Source: a virus (taxonomy: Duplodnaviria; Caudoviricetes). Taken from it: 51,673 nt of DNA. Shown here one piece after another: positions 18,867 through 28,632 of this stretch; the first letter of the stretch is position 1; every line of letters begins with the position of its first letter. Under the pieces are notes generated by a model that was not told the origin of the DNA, ran no database searches, and saw only the letters and a list, made by a program, of their open reading frames with translations. A program made the translations under genes and the position numbers. The DNA lies in IMG/VR virus record IMGVR_UViG_3300023260_000002, positions 1 through 51,673 of that record. One strand, given 5' to 3'.

Positions 18867-19456
18867 TCGTACACGTTATGCTCTTCCCATAGCTTTATTT
18901 TCTGCTCCCCGTATTTGTCGATGTAGGTAGTCAAGTCTTCGGTTTCATCGAAATAAGCAACGGCAGCAAGTTTTTTAACTGTCTGGGTATCGAAGGCTAG
19001 TTTGATACGGCTTTCCAGGTTTATAACGAGCTTATTCAGATCGTTGAGGCTTATGGTCTTTTTCTTCGAGCCTCCTTCCAGGACCAATTTAAAGGCATCT
19101 ACGTACTCTTGGAGGTTTTTAAGGGAAAGCTTTAATTCCAGCTCCCGGAGAGTGGAGTAATAGTATTTGTACCTGCCGGTGCTCATCCGGTACTCTTCTT
19201 TGAACCGGTAAAAGCGTTTCCCTCCACAGGCAAAAGCTTCCTCCACCATAGGGGCATAATCGGGATGTGTAAGAGTGAATTCTGGCCGGGCTTTTGGCTT
19301 GAGTAGTTCAGCGACTTGGGTGTTTTTGTATTCCCATTTGCTGAGCTGTACTTCTGTCAAATGCAACACCATTGCAATATCAGGTTTGTTGCAACCAAGC
19401 TTCACCAAGGATTCTATTTGCTTAATATCGGATTTGAAGGGGCGAAGGATATTCAT
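18722..19456 (-). CDS. Tail assembly chaperone (gpG-like)
   Basis: Upstream of the TMP, with a T TTT TTT slippery site near the 3' end. Confidence 0.7.
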   Translation of the reverse strand: MNILRPFKSDIKQIESLVKLGCNKPDIAMVLHLTEVQLSKWEYKNTQVAELLKPKARPEFTLTHPDYAPMVEEAFACGGKRFYRFKEEYRMSTGRYKYYYSTLRELELKLSLKNLQEYVDAFKLVLEGGSKKKTISLNDLNKLVINLESRIKLAFDTQTVKKLAAVAYFDETEDLTTYIDKYGEQKIKLWEEHNVYDFFLTKPIGELFNLKSISVEYLQEHLRIQDGITQDLNLDLRKVVEDNS

Positions 19457-19746
19457 AGAGGCCTCATAATTTCTGCTAATTGATCGGACTCTTTTATAAG
19501 GCTTTTGTAATAACCTTGCCTATTTATATATCCAAAATCATAATATGTACCAGCCAACTGTTCTGCCTCTCTCCTTATCTTTTCACACCTCTCAGCAATG
19601 CTTAATTCTTGAGGTTGATTAACGCCGTTAGCCTGATCTTCAGTAACCAATGATTTACCGTAACCATCATCGTACAGGACCATTTTAGCGGCGGTAGAGG
19701 CTACAGAAACACCAGTAATCGTAGCTAGAAATTGTTTTCTATTCAT
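19453..19746 (-). CDS. Hypothetical protein with Tat-like N-terminus
   Basis: Start MNRKQFLATITGVSVAS; ATGA-coupled to the downstream gene. Confidence 0.55.
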   Translation of the reverse strand: MNRKQFLATITGVSVASTAAKMVLYDDGYGKSLVTEDQANGVNQPQELSIAERCEKIRREAEQLAGTYYDFGYINRQGYYKSLIKESDQLAEIMRPL

Positions 19747-20056
19747 ATTCTGGGAAAAGTATCGATTTAACAATGAAATTCAGTCCGCAAAGACAGATCA
19801 TATAAGCCCCCATTAGATATATAAGCCAGTCGTAATAAATAGCGCTGATAAGGAAGCCGTGAATAGAAGCCATGCAAGGAGGGCAGTCGAATAAAGGCTT
19901 GCTGTACCATGTTCCTTTTATCTTTGGTGGTGAATCATCATTTTCCTTTCGAAGGAGATCACCAATTTTATCAAGCACATATCCATCATAGAACAAGGTG
20001 AAAACACCCCAGCACCAGAAAGATCCAACGACTAAAAGAATAAGAAAATCAGTCAT
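19739..20056 (-). CDS. Small membrane protein with CxxC (DUF1360-like)
   Basis: About 3 hydrophobic segments and the KPLFDCPPCMASIHG motif. Confidence 0.6.
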   Translation of the reverse strand: MTDFLILLVVGSFWCWGVFTLFYDGYVLDKIGDLLRKENDDSPPKIKGTWYSKPLFDCPPCMASIHGFLISAIYYDWLIYLMGAYMICLCGLNFIVKSILFPEYE

Positions 20057-20283
20057 ATTCCTAAAATTTGGTAAATAAAATCCTTCTTAATACCACTCTC
20101 GTCATATTCTCTGAAAAGTCCGCACATTGGCCTGCGATCAACTTGGCAATTGTGAGTGCACGAGCAACCTGTAGACATACAATATCCATTCAAAGATTTA
20201 AGCGGGTTTTTACCATCTCTTATTCTGAATTCATTAACTTCCTCTAAGCTATTACTATCAATTTCAAAGTAGTCCTTACTCAT
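20053..20283 (-). CDS. Hypothetical Cys-rich protein
   Basis: 76 aa ORF coupled to neighbours. Confidence 0.5.
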   Translation of the reverse strand: MSKDYFEIDSNSLEEVNEFRIRDGKNPLKSLNGYCMSTGCSCTHNCQVDRRPMCGLFREYDESGIKKDFIYQILGI

Positions 20284-21043
20284 ATTCAGGAAGGTTAAAT
20301 AGATTAGGCGAAGATACTAATTCCCTTTGATATCCTTTAAGGAAATACCCGGGTTTGGCATTTTTAAGATCCTCGTAAACAAACGCTGACCGGTGAGCTT
20401 TGAATTTAGCGGAACTGTTATCCATCTTCAGTTTAAAGTCTCTGCGAATCCACGAATAGTGATGCATCGTAATATCCACCATCTGCACACCTTTCGTTAT
20501 GTTTAACCTACGAGTAGAGTCTATTCTAGCCTGCCCTCTTTCATAGGCAAACGGATAACCTGCAAATTTCAGGTGATATTTGAGCGTGGGCGTTATCTTA
20601 TGGATGAATGGCACAAGAGTATGGTCTAATCCTATCGTTAACGTAGGGCTTTTAAAATAGGTCTGTACACGGCACACGGTCCCTGCTAAATCCTGATCTT
20701 CTATAGCTTTCTTTTGCTTTATGAAATCGGATTGAACATAGAATTCGTCTGAGTCCATCATTATGAAATGAGTGAATCCACCAGATTTAGCTGCTTCTAA
20801 TCCTGCATTGCGTTTCGCTGTCTCGTTAACATGTGGGACTGTTGAAACGGGTTCACATTGAACTAATTCACATCCCTTAGGCAATTCGTAGTTTCCAAGC
20901 TTATCACCAGAATAGTGACCACGGTTTGATTTTCTGGACCATACTATAATGACCTCATCCACAACCGGGCGTATGTTTTCAACCGCATACGGAAGTAAGC
21001 ATAGACAATCGGCCCATACGTTGAAAATCGCAGCAAGCCTCAT
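20276..21043 (-). CDS. Glycosyltransferase, GT-A fold (GT2-like)
   Basis: RPVVDEVIIV, ETAKRNAGLEAA, FIMMDSDEFY (DxD), MHHYSWIR. Confidence 0.8.
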   Translation of the reverse strand: MRLAAIFNVWADCLCLLPYAVENIRPVVDEVIIVWSRKSNRGHYSGDKLGNYELPKGCELVQCEPVSTVPHVNETAKRNAGLEAAKSGGFTHFIMMDSDEFYVQSDFIKQKKAIEDQDLAGTVCRVQTYFKSPTLTIGLDHTLVPFIHKITPTLKYHLKFAGYPFAYERGQARIDSTRRLNITKGVQMVDITMHHYSWIRRDFKLKMDNSSAKFKAHRSAFVYEDLKNAKPGYFLKGYQRELVSSPNLFNLPEYE

Positions 21044-21543
21044 AAATCAAATTTAGTCACATCTATGAAGTTAGAGACAGCCGTTGCCCATGCCCCGTCT
21101 GTTTCATAATCGATCATATATTTAAACTTCTTTAGTTCTGCGCGCATTTTATAGCCGTGATCTGCCGCTGGCTCAGTATCGTGACACACGATTATTTTAG
21201 CCTTATCTGCGAAGTGGCTTATATCAATTTTCCTTCTTTCCCCTGGAGCGTGATCGATAAATACAACATCAGGTGCAGGACATTCATGGTGTAATGTATT
21301 CCAATCCTGGAATAACTTAATATGTGGATATGCCCCTTTCATTTTTATGTACCATCCATAATTGTTCTCTCCACTGATCAATTCTCTACTGTGTTCTTTT
21401 GCGTATTCAGTGAGGAAAGGAGTAGATCCATAACCGCATCCCATCTCAACTATCTGTCCGGATGTTGCTTCAAGTGCTTCCCATAATAGCGGGCGATGGC
21501 TATCGTAGTTACTGGTTATCTGGATGAACTTTTCCTTTGTCAT
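21040..21543 (-). CDS. Class I SAM-dependent methyltransferase
   Basis: VEMGCGYGST motif I, DVVFIDH, IVCHDT. Confidence 0.8.
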   Translation of the reverse strand: MTKEKFIQITSNYDSHRPLLWEALEATSGQIVEMGCGYGSTPFLTEYAKEHSRELISGENNYGWYIKMKGAYPHIKLFQDWNTLHHECPAPDVVFIDHAPGERRKIDISHFADKAKIIVCHDTEPAADHGYKMRAELKKFKYMIDYETDGAWATAVSNFIDVTKFDL

Positions 21544-22037
21544 AAGCAATCGATTACCTTTTTACACTCTCCAAATACTGAAATCTCATTCTTTCCGGTC
21601 AAAGGCAAGTTATCAGTCAGCAATAAAAGCTGTTCTTTTGAGATAATATACTTCCACTCGTCTCTTATCTCTACAGGTTCACCTTTTGCTTTCTTATTAC
21701 GAATGTAATTTATGAACGTGTTAGGGTTGTTCCCCCATGATATATTGCCTATCCGAATGATATTGTATGAAGGAAAGTATTGTTTTACTAAATCCTCCAT
21801 TTCTAACTTATGCTTTGTGTATCTGCTGACCTTGAAGTTTATTGAAAGAGTACTGAAATAGAAACAGCATTTTATACCAAAAGATAATGATGCAATAGCA
21901 TTAAAACGTAGCAGTCCTATTTCTCTTTGAAATTCAAGTTCGTCGGTACAGTTACTATTACTTACACCAGATGCAAAGATTAAAGCCCCTGTACGGTCAT
22001 TTAGTACGCTTGCGATATCTCCATTGCCTACGATCAC
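21540..22037 (-). CDS. Short NAD-dependent epimerase/dehydratase-like protein
   Basis: MIVGNGDIA Rossmann start, FASGVSNS, YFST, YxxxK (YTKHK). Confidence 0.75.
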   Translation of the reverse strand: MIVGNGDIASVLNDRTGALIFASGVSNSNCTDELEFQREIGLLRFNAIASLSFGIKCCFYFSTLSINFKVSRYTKHKLEMEDLVKQYFPSYNIIRIGNISWGNNPNTFINYIRNKKAKGEPVEIRDEWKYIISKEQLLLLTDNLPLTGKNEISVFGECKKVIDCL

Positions 22038-22285
22038 AGAGACTCAACTTTAAATTCATGCCATTTATCTACAAGCTCATCATACCATGATTTAATTATT
22101 TCTTTATTCGCGTCAGTATCAAAGGCACAAAAGAAATGCACTGGCTTTTCCGTATCACACAGAAACACCTCAAATCCCCACGGAAACGCATAGCCTTGAA
22201 CAGTTAAAACTCTAGGTTCCTTAATAGCGTTGATTCTACTTAGGTCAATGATTGTGTTGCTTTTAGTTTTGTATAGTGAATTCAT
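22034..22285 (-). CDS. Hypothetical protein
   Basis: Small coupled ORF (MNSLYK...). Confidence 0.55.
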   Translation of the reverse strand: MNSLYKTKSNTIIDLSRINAIKEPRVLTVQGYAFPWGFEVFLCDTEKPVHFFCAFDTDANKEIIKSWYDELVDKWHEFKVESL

Positions 22286-22830
22286 GACTGAAGTATAAAC
22301 AGTGAGTCCCAATAGTTAAAACCCATTCCGTGCTGACTTGTTTTATCATGCTTTACCGGAAAGTATCCGAGTGATAACAACTTATCTTCCATTTCTTTTA
22401 CCTGAGCATCACCGTATATTTTAGTGTGAAGATGAAATTCGCACGAGATTTGCTTTGCTGGTGCTTCAGTGAGTGACATGATTACTTCGTATTCGCTGCC
22501 CTCTATGTCCATCTTTATAAGATCCCAGAAATCAACATCCACATCTTTGGAAAACCGTTCAATCGTCAACATTAGAATATCATAGCCTTCAACTTTTTGT
22601 GTCGCTTGTGGATCTGATCCTTTTCTTATTGAGCATCGTCCAACTTTAGATCCAATACCAACTTGAAAATATCCCTCCGGTCCTAAGTAGTCTATATCAA
22701 CAGCGTATACATCATGGCCCATAGTTCTCAACGCACCTGTAAATAAGAATCCACGGCACCCCAAATCAAGAATTTTAGCTTTTTCTGGAAGAAGTGTTTC
22801 TTCTATGGTATGCTCTGCGATTGTGATCAT
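22282..22830 (-). CDS. FkbM-family methyltransferase
   Basis: ILDLGC, DLIKMDIEGSEYEVI, QISCEFH. Confidence 0.88.
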   Translation of the reverse strand: MITIAEHTIEETLLPEKAKILDLGCRGFLFTGALRTMGHDVYAVDIDYLGPEGYFQVGIGSKVGRCSIRKGSDPQATQKVEGYDILMLTIERFSKDVDVDFWDLIKMDIEGSEYEVIMSLTEAPAKQISCEFHLHTKIYGDAQVKEMEDKLLSLGYFPVKHDKTSQHGMGFNYWDSLFILQS

Positions 22831-23000
22831 GTTACTTTTATTTTCTGTTCGTGATACTTCAATACCTTAAACCAACATGACCGACAAAGCATGTGTAATC
22901 TGATCGCGTGATTATGGTTATACTCCTCGAAAGCTTGATTCCATAATTCAGTCTTTTGACTAAACGTTTTCTTTAGCATTTCAATTTCTTCGACTGTCAT
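22827..23000 (-). CDS. Small hypothetical protein with CxxC
   Basis: MTVEEIEML...LCRSCWFKV; ATGA overlaps on both sides. Confidence 0.6.
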   Translation of the reverse strand: MTVEEIEMLKKTFSQKTELWNQAFEEYNHNHAIRLHMLCRSCWFKVLKYHEQKIKVT

Positions 23001-23644
23001 TTGAAATGCATTTTTTGAACTATCCCTCCCTTCTCCCAATTATACCTCGTTGCTCCGGTGAATGGCTTGCTTCCAGCCTCGTAAAGGAACAGGCTCATCA
23101 TTGTTTCATCTGATCTATGCCCTTGCAGTTGTTCACCACATTGCTCTACCATGTTTCCGAATAAACCTTTCTGCTCTGATTCCATCCACCTACCGAAGAT
23201 ATATTCACAGCCTGGAATATCAAAGTCAAAGTAATAAAGAGATCCGCCAACCAGGTGTTTATCTTTTATGTATTGCCTATCCTTTCCGATGTAGCGAAGC
23301 GCTTTGTCTGAACAAAAGCCGGTAAGTTTGTTGTCATCCTGTACAGCTAAAACACCTTTATGATCTGCAGTGTGCTGGTCATAGTATTCCAGTTTATCCT
23401 GAATGACACAAGTGCAATCGATGAAGAATATTTTCTTGTATCCTTGATTCCTGGCTATCTGAATAGCATGAGGTTTGAACCCGTAGAGAGATTCATTAAA
23501 TGGCCTGGCTCCATCTGGCATACGGTCAACCCATTCGAATAAACGAACGTCAGGATTTGTCGCCTGAAGAGTTTCTTTCATTCGGCCTAACCGCCACACG
23601 TACTTTTCTCCGAAGGCTACGGAGGTAACTGCTATTTCATTCAT
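22997..23644 (-). CDS. Putative glycosyltransferase, GT-A-like
   Basis: YGFKPHAI, IFFIDCT (degenerate DxD), GHRSDET motifs. Confidence 0.6.
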   Translation of the reverse strand: MNEIAVTSVAFGEKYVWRLGRMKETLQATNPDVRLFEWVDRMPDGARPFNESLYGFKPHAIQIARNQGYKKIFFIDCTCVIQDKLEYYDQHTADHKGVLAVQDDNKLTGFCSDKALRYIGKDRQYIKDKHLVGGSLYYFDFDIPGCEYIFGRWMESEQKGLFGNMVEQCGEQLQGHRSDETMMSLFLYEAGSKPFTGATRYNWEKGGIVQKMHFK

Positions 23645-23843
23645 TATTTGTTGATTTTTTTAACGCTCCTTCACCATAAGTACCAACACCATCAATTACA
23701 TATATGTAACAGGAGCCACCTAGTGCCAACTGGCTTATGTCAATTGATCTGTCGATTATTTTACCTATATGATTTGGGTATTTATCCGATCGATAGACAC
23801 CTACCAATTCAACTATTTCGCCAATTTCAAATTGCCATTGCAT
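23637..23843 (-). CDS. Small SH3/KOW-like hypothetical protein
   Basis: FEIGEIVELV...GKIID pattern. Confidence 0.5.
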   Translation of the reverse strand: MQWQFEIGEIVELVGVYRSDKYPNHIGKIIDRSIDISQLALGGSCYIYVIDGVGTYGEGALKKSTNNE

Positions 23844-24727
23844 AGCTTCCTAAATTCTTTTACGTAGTTGATCCACCATTTAAAATCCTCATTAGGAAAA
23901 ACAGTGTGTAACATTTCGATAGTCTTTTTAAACTTTGCGTCATCGTTCTGAATGCTATGGAACATGTGGCAATCTACAAATTCTTTGTGGTCTAACGTCC
24001 AGTTCGACCGGTCAACTCTCCCAATGGGATATCCGGTTCTATTATCGGTACCCCTATCAATTCGTGTAGGCACATGCTTTGAATCGTTTATACGCTTTGT
24101 AATCAAATCCTGGTCAGTAACCCATCGATTTGTCTTATCATTGCTTTTTGCTTGTGGTAGCCTGTCAAGATCGTATTTAATATACCCATTATAATCATCA
24201 TGCGAAAGGTGCATTATTTCAGACCACACAACAGAAGGAGCCCCAATATAACATATTGGATAGTGATAGTCTGTAAGATCGCGGCCGTAAACTGTAAGCT
24301 TGTCCATTTCAGGCTTCCAGTAGTCTGAAATGGGAAGCATGTCTATATCTCCGGTCATTACGTAGCCATCTACAATACAAGATCCGTAAAGTCTGGATAC
24401 TTGGGTGATCGTATCTGATTGATATCCTTGTATTGACAATGGTAAAACATTCATACCGCCAAGTACTAAAATTTCAAAATCTGAAGGATTGTTCCATGTT
24501 TCTGAATTATAGAATATAATTGGTTCCCATCCAAAGTATTTCCATGCCCAAACTGTTAGTGGAACATGGAATAGGTAATCCGGGTTATCGTTTACTGAAA
24601 GTACTATGTATTTTTTCATGCTGCTTTTATTTCTTGTGGTGTAATCCTCATAGTCTATTTCAACCTGATATCTCTTCCCAGTTTTAATCACTATAACCCA
24701 ATCACCGTTATCGAATATTCCTCTCAT
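23813..24727 (-). CDS. Putative glycosyltransferase, GT-A-like
   Basis: Core starts at MKKYIVLS (24619); TQVSRL, VMTGDIDMLP (DxD), YPICYI, WVTDQ. Confidence 0.65.
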   Translation of the reverse strand: MRGIFDNGDWVIVIKTGKRYQVEIDYEDYTTRNKSSMKKYIVLSVNDNPDYLFHVPLTVWAWKYFGWEPIIFYNSETWNNPSDFEILVLGGMNVLPLSIQGYQSDTITQVSRLYGSCIVDGYVMTGDIDMLPISDYWKPEMDKLTVYGRDLTDYHYPICYIGAPSVVWSEIMHLSHDDYNGYIKYDLDRLPQAKSNDKTNRWVTDQDLITKRINDSKHVPTRIDRGTDNRTGYPIGRVDRSNWTLDHKEFVDCHMFHSIQNDDAKFKKTIEMLHTVFPNEDFKWWINYVKEFRKLCNGNLKLAK

Positions 24728-25242
24728 TGCTTCGTTATTACAGCAGTCTGCCAGTCTTCGTGCCCAGGTTCCTTGTAAATAGTTATCGGCATTCCTTCAA
24801 TCAACTTATCAGTTAGCGGCCAGTGCTCAAGGTCTGCGCTTTTCTGATGGAAATTGTCAATGATTAGATAACCGCCATGTTTTAGTTTTTGTAGCGCGTA
24901 CTTGGTGCATTTGTCCCGATGGATTCCGTCTATAACAATTATATCAAAAGAATCAACAAATCTCATTATCGATATACCAGAATAGGATTCTTCGGTCAAA
25001 GCAACCATATAGTATGCCCCGCGTTGCTTAGGAACATATGCGAGATTATGATCTACTCCGCATGTAATTGCGGATTTCTGTATAAACCACTCGCTAGAGT
25101 CACCTAATCCGTATTCAAATACGTATTTGCCTTTCAGATCAATCGTACTCAACCACTCCAAACATGGTGAAGTATACCACGGCATTATCAGTCCGTTGCT
25201 AGGATCAATACGCCTGCCTCCTTCTAGTTTCTCGCCTAACAT
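24724..25242 (-). CDS. Class I SAM-dependent methyltransferase
   Basis: VFEYGLGDSS, FDIIVIDGIHR, LKHGGYLIIDN. Confidence 0.82.
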   Translation of the reverse strand: MLGEKLEGGRRIDPSNGLIMPWYTSPCLEWLSTIDLKGKYVFEYGLGDSSEWFIQKSAITCGVDHNLAYVPKQRGAYYMVALTEESYSGISIMRFVDSFDIIVIDGIHRDKCTKYALQKLKHGGYLIIDNFHQKSADLEHWPLTDKLIEGMPITIYKEPGHEDWQTAVITKQ

Positions 25243-25378
25243 ATCATTTTAATCTGGTTCACAATCAAGACAATGACCGATGATAAAGTCAGCCATGCAA
25301 TAAATTGCAAATTGTTCTACCGTTCACATTCAATATCCGATTTTTCGGATACAGGGAATAAAGACTTTATCCACTTTA

Positions 25379-26185
25379 CTAACGAGCCCAATAGCATATA
25401 TCTGAATGTTCTTTTTCAAATTCACTATAATCTGTTTTGTCGAAGCGTTTGAAGAAACGTAGAACCTCCATGTCAACCACTCCAGCAGATCCGATGTGTC
25501 TGCAAGTTAAATTGCTTTCCCATAGTTTTGGGTCAACGCCTAATATTTGATTACTTACTGATGTCCTTAATATCTTCACTTTCTCGCTACAGCCCTGAAA
25601 AAAATGACCAATCATGTTGTCTTTTGCTTTAGGGTAAATGTCAGCCATTAATAGTTGTTGATCGCTTCCTCGCTGAGTTAAATTCCATCGCTTAGTCATA
25701 TAATCCAGTGATTTCCATTGTGGGAATAGCTGCCTGAATATATCAGTCCTAAAACCAATCATTCCACCCATCATAGGTAAACTGTGAGCCTGATTATCCG
25801 TAATACTATGAAAGCCTAATCCAGAATCTATCCACTCCTGCACAGCCTGAGCTTCTTTATAAGTGGTTATTGCATCAGCATCTCGGCATATAACATGAGT
25901 TATCCCAACGCTTTCAGACATTATAACTGGGTACATTCTTTCTAGCATTGACCGACATAAAACAGCATCTTCGTGCAGATCAACCCAAACTCCGTTGGCT
26001 TTTAGATTTAAGAAGAAACTATTGTATTCGCTGTTTTGTATTGATCTTGAAATGGTTACATACATTTTCCAGCCTGGGTAAATAAGATTGTTCATTCTCC
26101 AGTTAAAATAAATTCCACGGAGATAAGACATGAACTCAAACTTTTCACATGGTGCACTGAAAATCGAATACGCGATTACTTTCAT
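25379..26185 (-). CDS. Putative glycosyltransferase, GT-A-like
   Basis: IAYSIF, IYPGW, ICRDADA (DxD), AVQEWIDSG..FH, MMGGMIG, GSDQQLL. Confidence 0.7.
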   Translation of the reverse strand: MKVIAYSIFSAPCEKFEFMSYLRGIYFNWRMNNLIYPGWKMYVTISRSIQNSEYNSFFLNLKANGVWVDLHEDAVLCRSMLERMYPVIMSESVGITHVICRDADAITTYKEAQAVQEWIDSGLGFHSITDNQAHSLPMMGGMIGFRTDIFRQLFPQWKSLDYMTKRWNLTQRGSDQQLLMADIYPKAKDNMIGHFFQGCSEKVKILRTSVSNQILGVDPKLWESNLTCRHIGSAGVVDMEVLRFFKRFDKTDYSEFEKEHSDICYWAR

Positions 26186-26337
26186 TTGTAGACCTTTATA
26201 TTAAGCTTTGCGCGTAGCTCTTCCCATGTAATGCCTTGCTCTTTCATTTGCTTACGCTCGATGAATGTAGGTTGGTTCAAATCAGATATTAGTTTAGCTC
26301 GTCTATCGGATAACTCCTTTTCGGTTGGTGCTTTCAT
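26182..26337 (-). CDS. 51-aa hypothetical protein
   Basis: MKAPTEKELSDRR...KVYK; ATGA overlaps both neighbours; below the ORF-track cutoff. Confidence 0.6.
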   Translation of the reverse strand: MKAPTEKELSDRRAKLISDLNQPTFIERKQMKEQGITWEELRAKLNIKVYK

Positions 26338-26885
26338 TTGTAATAGTAGTAAAGTATATCTGAAATAGAATGCATGGTTTTTACGACTCCAGATTTATGT
26401 ATTTGCTCTGCCCATGTCATGTCTTCCCCAAAGTTCTTGTTTTGGAAACTGAAGTCTTTAACAAGATCCAATCGCCAAAAGTTAAGATGGTTTGGGAATC
26501 TGTGGTATTTCTCCTTATCCTCCCATGCATGAGTACATCCTAAGTAATGATGGAATGGCTTTATGAATTTTCCTTTCTCGTAGTAATGGCCCCATAGTTC
26601 TCCACAATCCAATCCGATATCCATTGTTTCAATACCTCTCTGGATGTATGTAGGCCCTGGCATATCATCATCATCGAAGAAGGAAATGTAATATGCATTG
26701 TTTTCTATCGCCGCCTGAACAAGCTTATTGCGCTTTGCTCCTGTTGTTTCCTGTCTCTGATCTTCTGCTATGAGCAGTATTACTTCTTTATCTATGCGCT
26801 GCTTATCCAGTTCTGAAACAAGCCTGTTAAGAAGCTGCTGGCGCTCTGTGAGTGTTGGGATTAGGATAGCGAGTAGTGGTTTCAT
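26334..26885 (-). CDS. Glycosyltransferase family 2-like
   Basis: LAILIPT, TGAKRNKL, YISFFDDDD, FGED. Confidence 0.88.
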   Translation of the reverse strand: MKPLLAILIPTLTERQQLLNRLVSELDKQRIDKEVILLIAEDQRQETTGAKRNKLVQAAIENNAYYISFFDDDDMPGPTYIQRGIETMDIGLDCGELWGHYYEKGKFIKPFHHYLGCTHAWEDKEKYHRFPNHLNFWRLDLVKDFSFQNKNFGEDMTWAEQIHKSGVVKTMHSISDILYYYYK

Positions 26886-27045
26886 GATGAGTATCCTTTC
26901 CAAAAGGCATGTGCTTCAGCCTTTGTTTTTACAACCATAAATATTGATTCACATATAGGATCAAGAAGAGGTAATAATTTAGGGTTCTTTTCTTCCATCT
27001 CTTTCTTGACCTGGTTTTTAAACTCTTCTTTTCTTTATCGCTCAT
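26882..27045 (-). pseudogene. Small ORF with apparent 1-nt frameshift
   Basis: ATG coupled to the upstream stop (MSDKE) and a different frame (KEEFKNQVKKEM...WKGYSS) coupled to the downstream ATG. Confidence 0.45.
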
Positions 27046-27743
27046 CTTCTTCCTTTGTATTTATCGAATGGAGTAGGCCCTGGATTGTTAACGAAAAAGT
27101 TCTTATTCAGTCTTTCGAAATAAGTTGCAGTGTCCTGCTTTTGAAACTTCTCATTCTCCACATACAATTGATCGCTCTTCACTCCTTTTACATTTGCCGG
27201 GTGAACGTGTTTGTAAAGTAGATCAGGAAAGTAATGGTAACGTTTCAGCGTCTGCGCCACGTACATGGCTTCAGCGTCACAACTTAATGACCGGTAACAT
27301 GGAGCATATATGTAAAAGAAGCGTTCGTAATATTCTCGGCCCATGATTGACATCGTGGCAAGCTTTGGACCCTGGAATCCATCATTAAAGTTTGCAAAGA
27401 AATCCAGCGAATTCGGCCAAACGCTTTTTATCTTCTCAATCATTATCTGATCCCAGCCTTTCACAATGAATTGCATGTCGTCCGACATATTTACCAGCCA
27501 GTCCCAGCCTGATAAAGGAATGTTAGCATTAATCGCTCCTATCTTTCCTCCAAAGTTGTCATTGATATAAAACTGAGTGTTTGGAAATCCTGAGTTATTA
27601 GCAATGGTGATCATGTCTTGATCGTCGCTGTCTATACTTACAATGATTTGAAAGTCTCGAGTAACGGTGGATAAAATGTTGTCCATTGCCTGGATGAATT
27701 TGCCGGGGCGGTGTCTACTAGCGTATTTTATCAGGAGGCGCAT
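27042..27743 (-). CDS. Glycosyltransferase family 2-like
   Basis: ASRHRP, IIVSIDSDD, KIGAIN, LVNMSDDM, KHVHP. Confidence 0.82.
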   Translation of the reverse strand: MRLLIKYASRHRPGKFIQAMDNILSTVTRDFQIIVSIDSDDQDMITIANNSGFPNTQFYINDNFGGKIGAINANIPLSGWDWLVNMSDDMQFIVKGWDQIMIEKIKSVWPNSLDFFANFNDGFQGPKLATMSIMGREYYERFFYIYAPCYRSLSCDAEAMYVAQTLKRYHYFPDLLYKHVHPANVKGVKSDQLYVENEKFQKQDTATYFERLNKNFFVNNPGPTPFDKYKGRR

Positions 27744-28381
27744 ACATTTAATTTATCTGCTAAAGATCGATAAAAATCAAAGCTTTCCGAATCCACATGC
27801 GCTGCCAACCACTTCATTTCAGGATCTTTATTTCTCATAACGAATTGATGCCCTTTCCCTCCGCAAAGACCCATACCTGTTTTTATTCCTACAGCACCGG
27901 TATCAGTGAATATCCTTTTCTTATGCCTGGCGTATTTCCATATATCGATATCAAGGAAAGGTTTTGAGTCGTCCGGCCAATCGAAATTGTTCAGTGCAGA
28001 TATTTTGAATCCTGTAGTGAAAAGGCTTGACCTGTATTGGTGATCAAATCGGTTATAGGTGAGGTTTCGAAGATTGTAGTACCAGGAGCATTCTTGACCG
28101 AAGAAGTCGTATTGCTCAAAGAATGGTTCATATCGATAGAAATAATCGAATGGATAGAAATCGTCGTTCTCAATTACGAAACATAAATCAAACCCTTCAG
28201 CTTCAGCTTGCTTTACACCGTCATAGATTCGAGAAACCAAATCAAAGCCTGATCCTACCGGAGAGTTATTCATGTGGAATATCCTATCAGGCTTTAATGT
28301 CATTCTTTCCAGTTGCCGGAAGCAGAAGGACGTTAGTTTGGGCCGGTCATTTCTATCAGGAATAATGGCCGCAAATCTCAT
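27731..28381 (-). CDS. Glycosyltransferase family 2-like
   Basis: AAIIPDRNDRP, RQLERMTLKPD, FVIENDDFYP. Confidence 0.78.
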   Translation of the reverse strand: MRFAAIIPDRNDRPKLTSFCFRQLERMTLKPDRIFHMNNSPVGSGFDLVSRIYDGVKQAEAEGFDLCFVIENDDFYPFDYFYRYEPFFEQYDFFGQECSWYYNLRNLTYNRFDHQYRSSLFTTGFKISALNNFDWPDDSKPFLDIDIWKYARHKKRIFTDTGAVGIKTGMGLCGGKGHQFVMRNKDPEMKWLAAHVDSESFDFYRSLADKLNVCAS

Positions 28382-28632
28382 TCGGGTATCAATTCAACTC
28401 CATCGCTCATATCTGTAAATAACCTCATTGGTTGAAACTTCTGACCGAAAGTTAAGCGCGAATAATATATTTTACCGGTTTTATTGATCTGCTTTATTTC
28501 ATCCTCAGTGAGTTCATAACATGCAATTATCTCACCTTCCGGACCGGGCACCTGCATTGCATGTATCACGCTATACTCTGGTTGGCCCTTACCTATCTCA
28601 AGGTTGCATCCTGGAAACTTGACTGATTTCAT
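28378..28632 (-). CDS. Hypothetical phage protein
   Basis: 84 aa; GKGQPEY...ACYELTEDE...TGKIY...TFGQKFQP. Confidence 0.6.
   Translation of the reverse strand: MKSVKFPGCNLEIGKGQPEYSVIHAMQVPGPEGEIIACYELTEDEIKQINKTGKIYYSRLTFGQKFQPMRLFTDMSDGVELIPE

Noticed and set aside
25245-25375. TGA recoding suggested by an ORF with two in-frame TGAs
   Set aside because: TGA is used as a normal stop genome-wide (many ATGA overlaps); decay is the simpler explanation.
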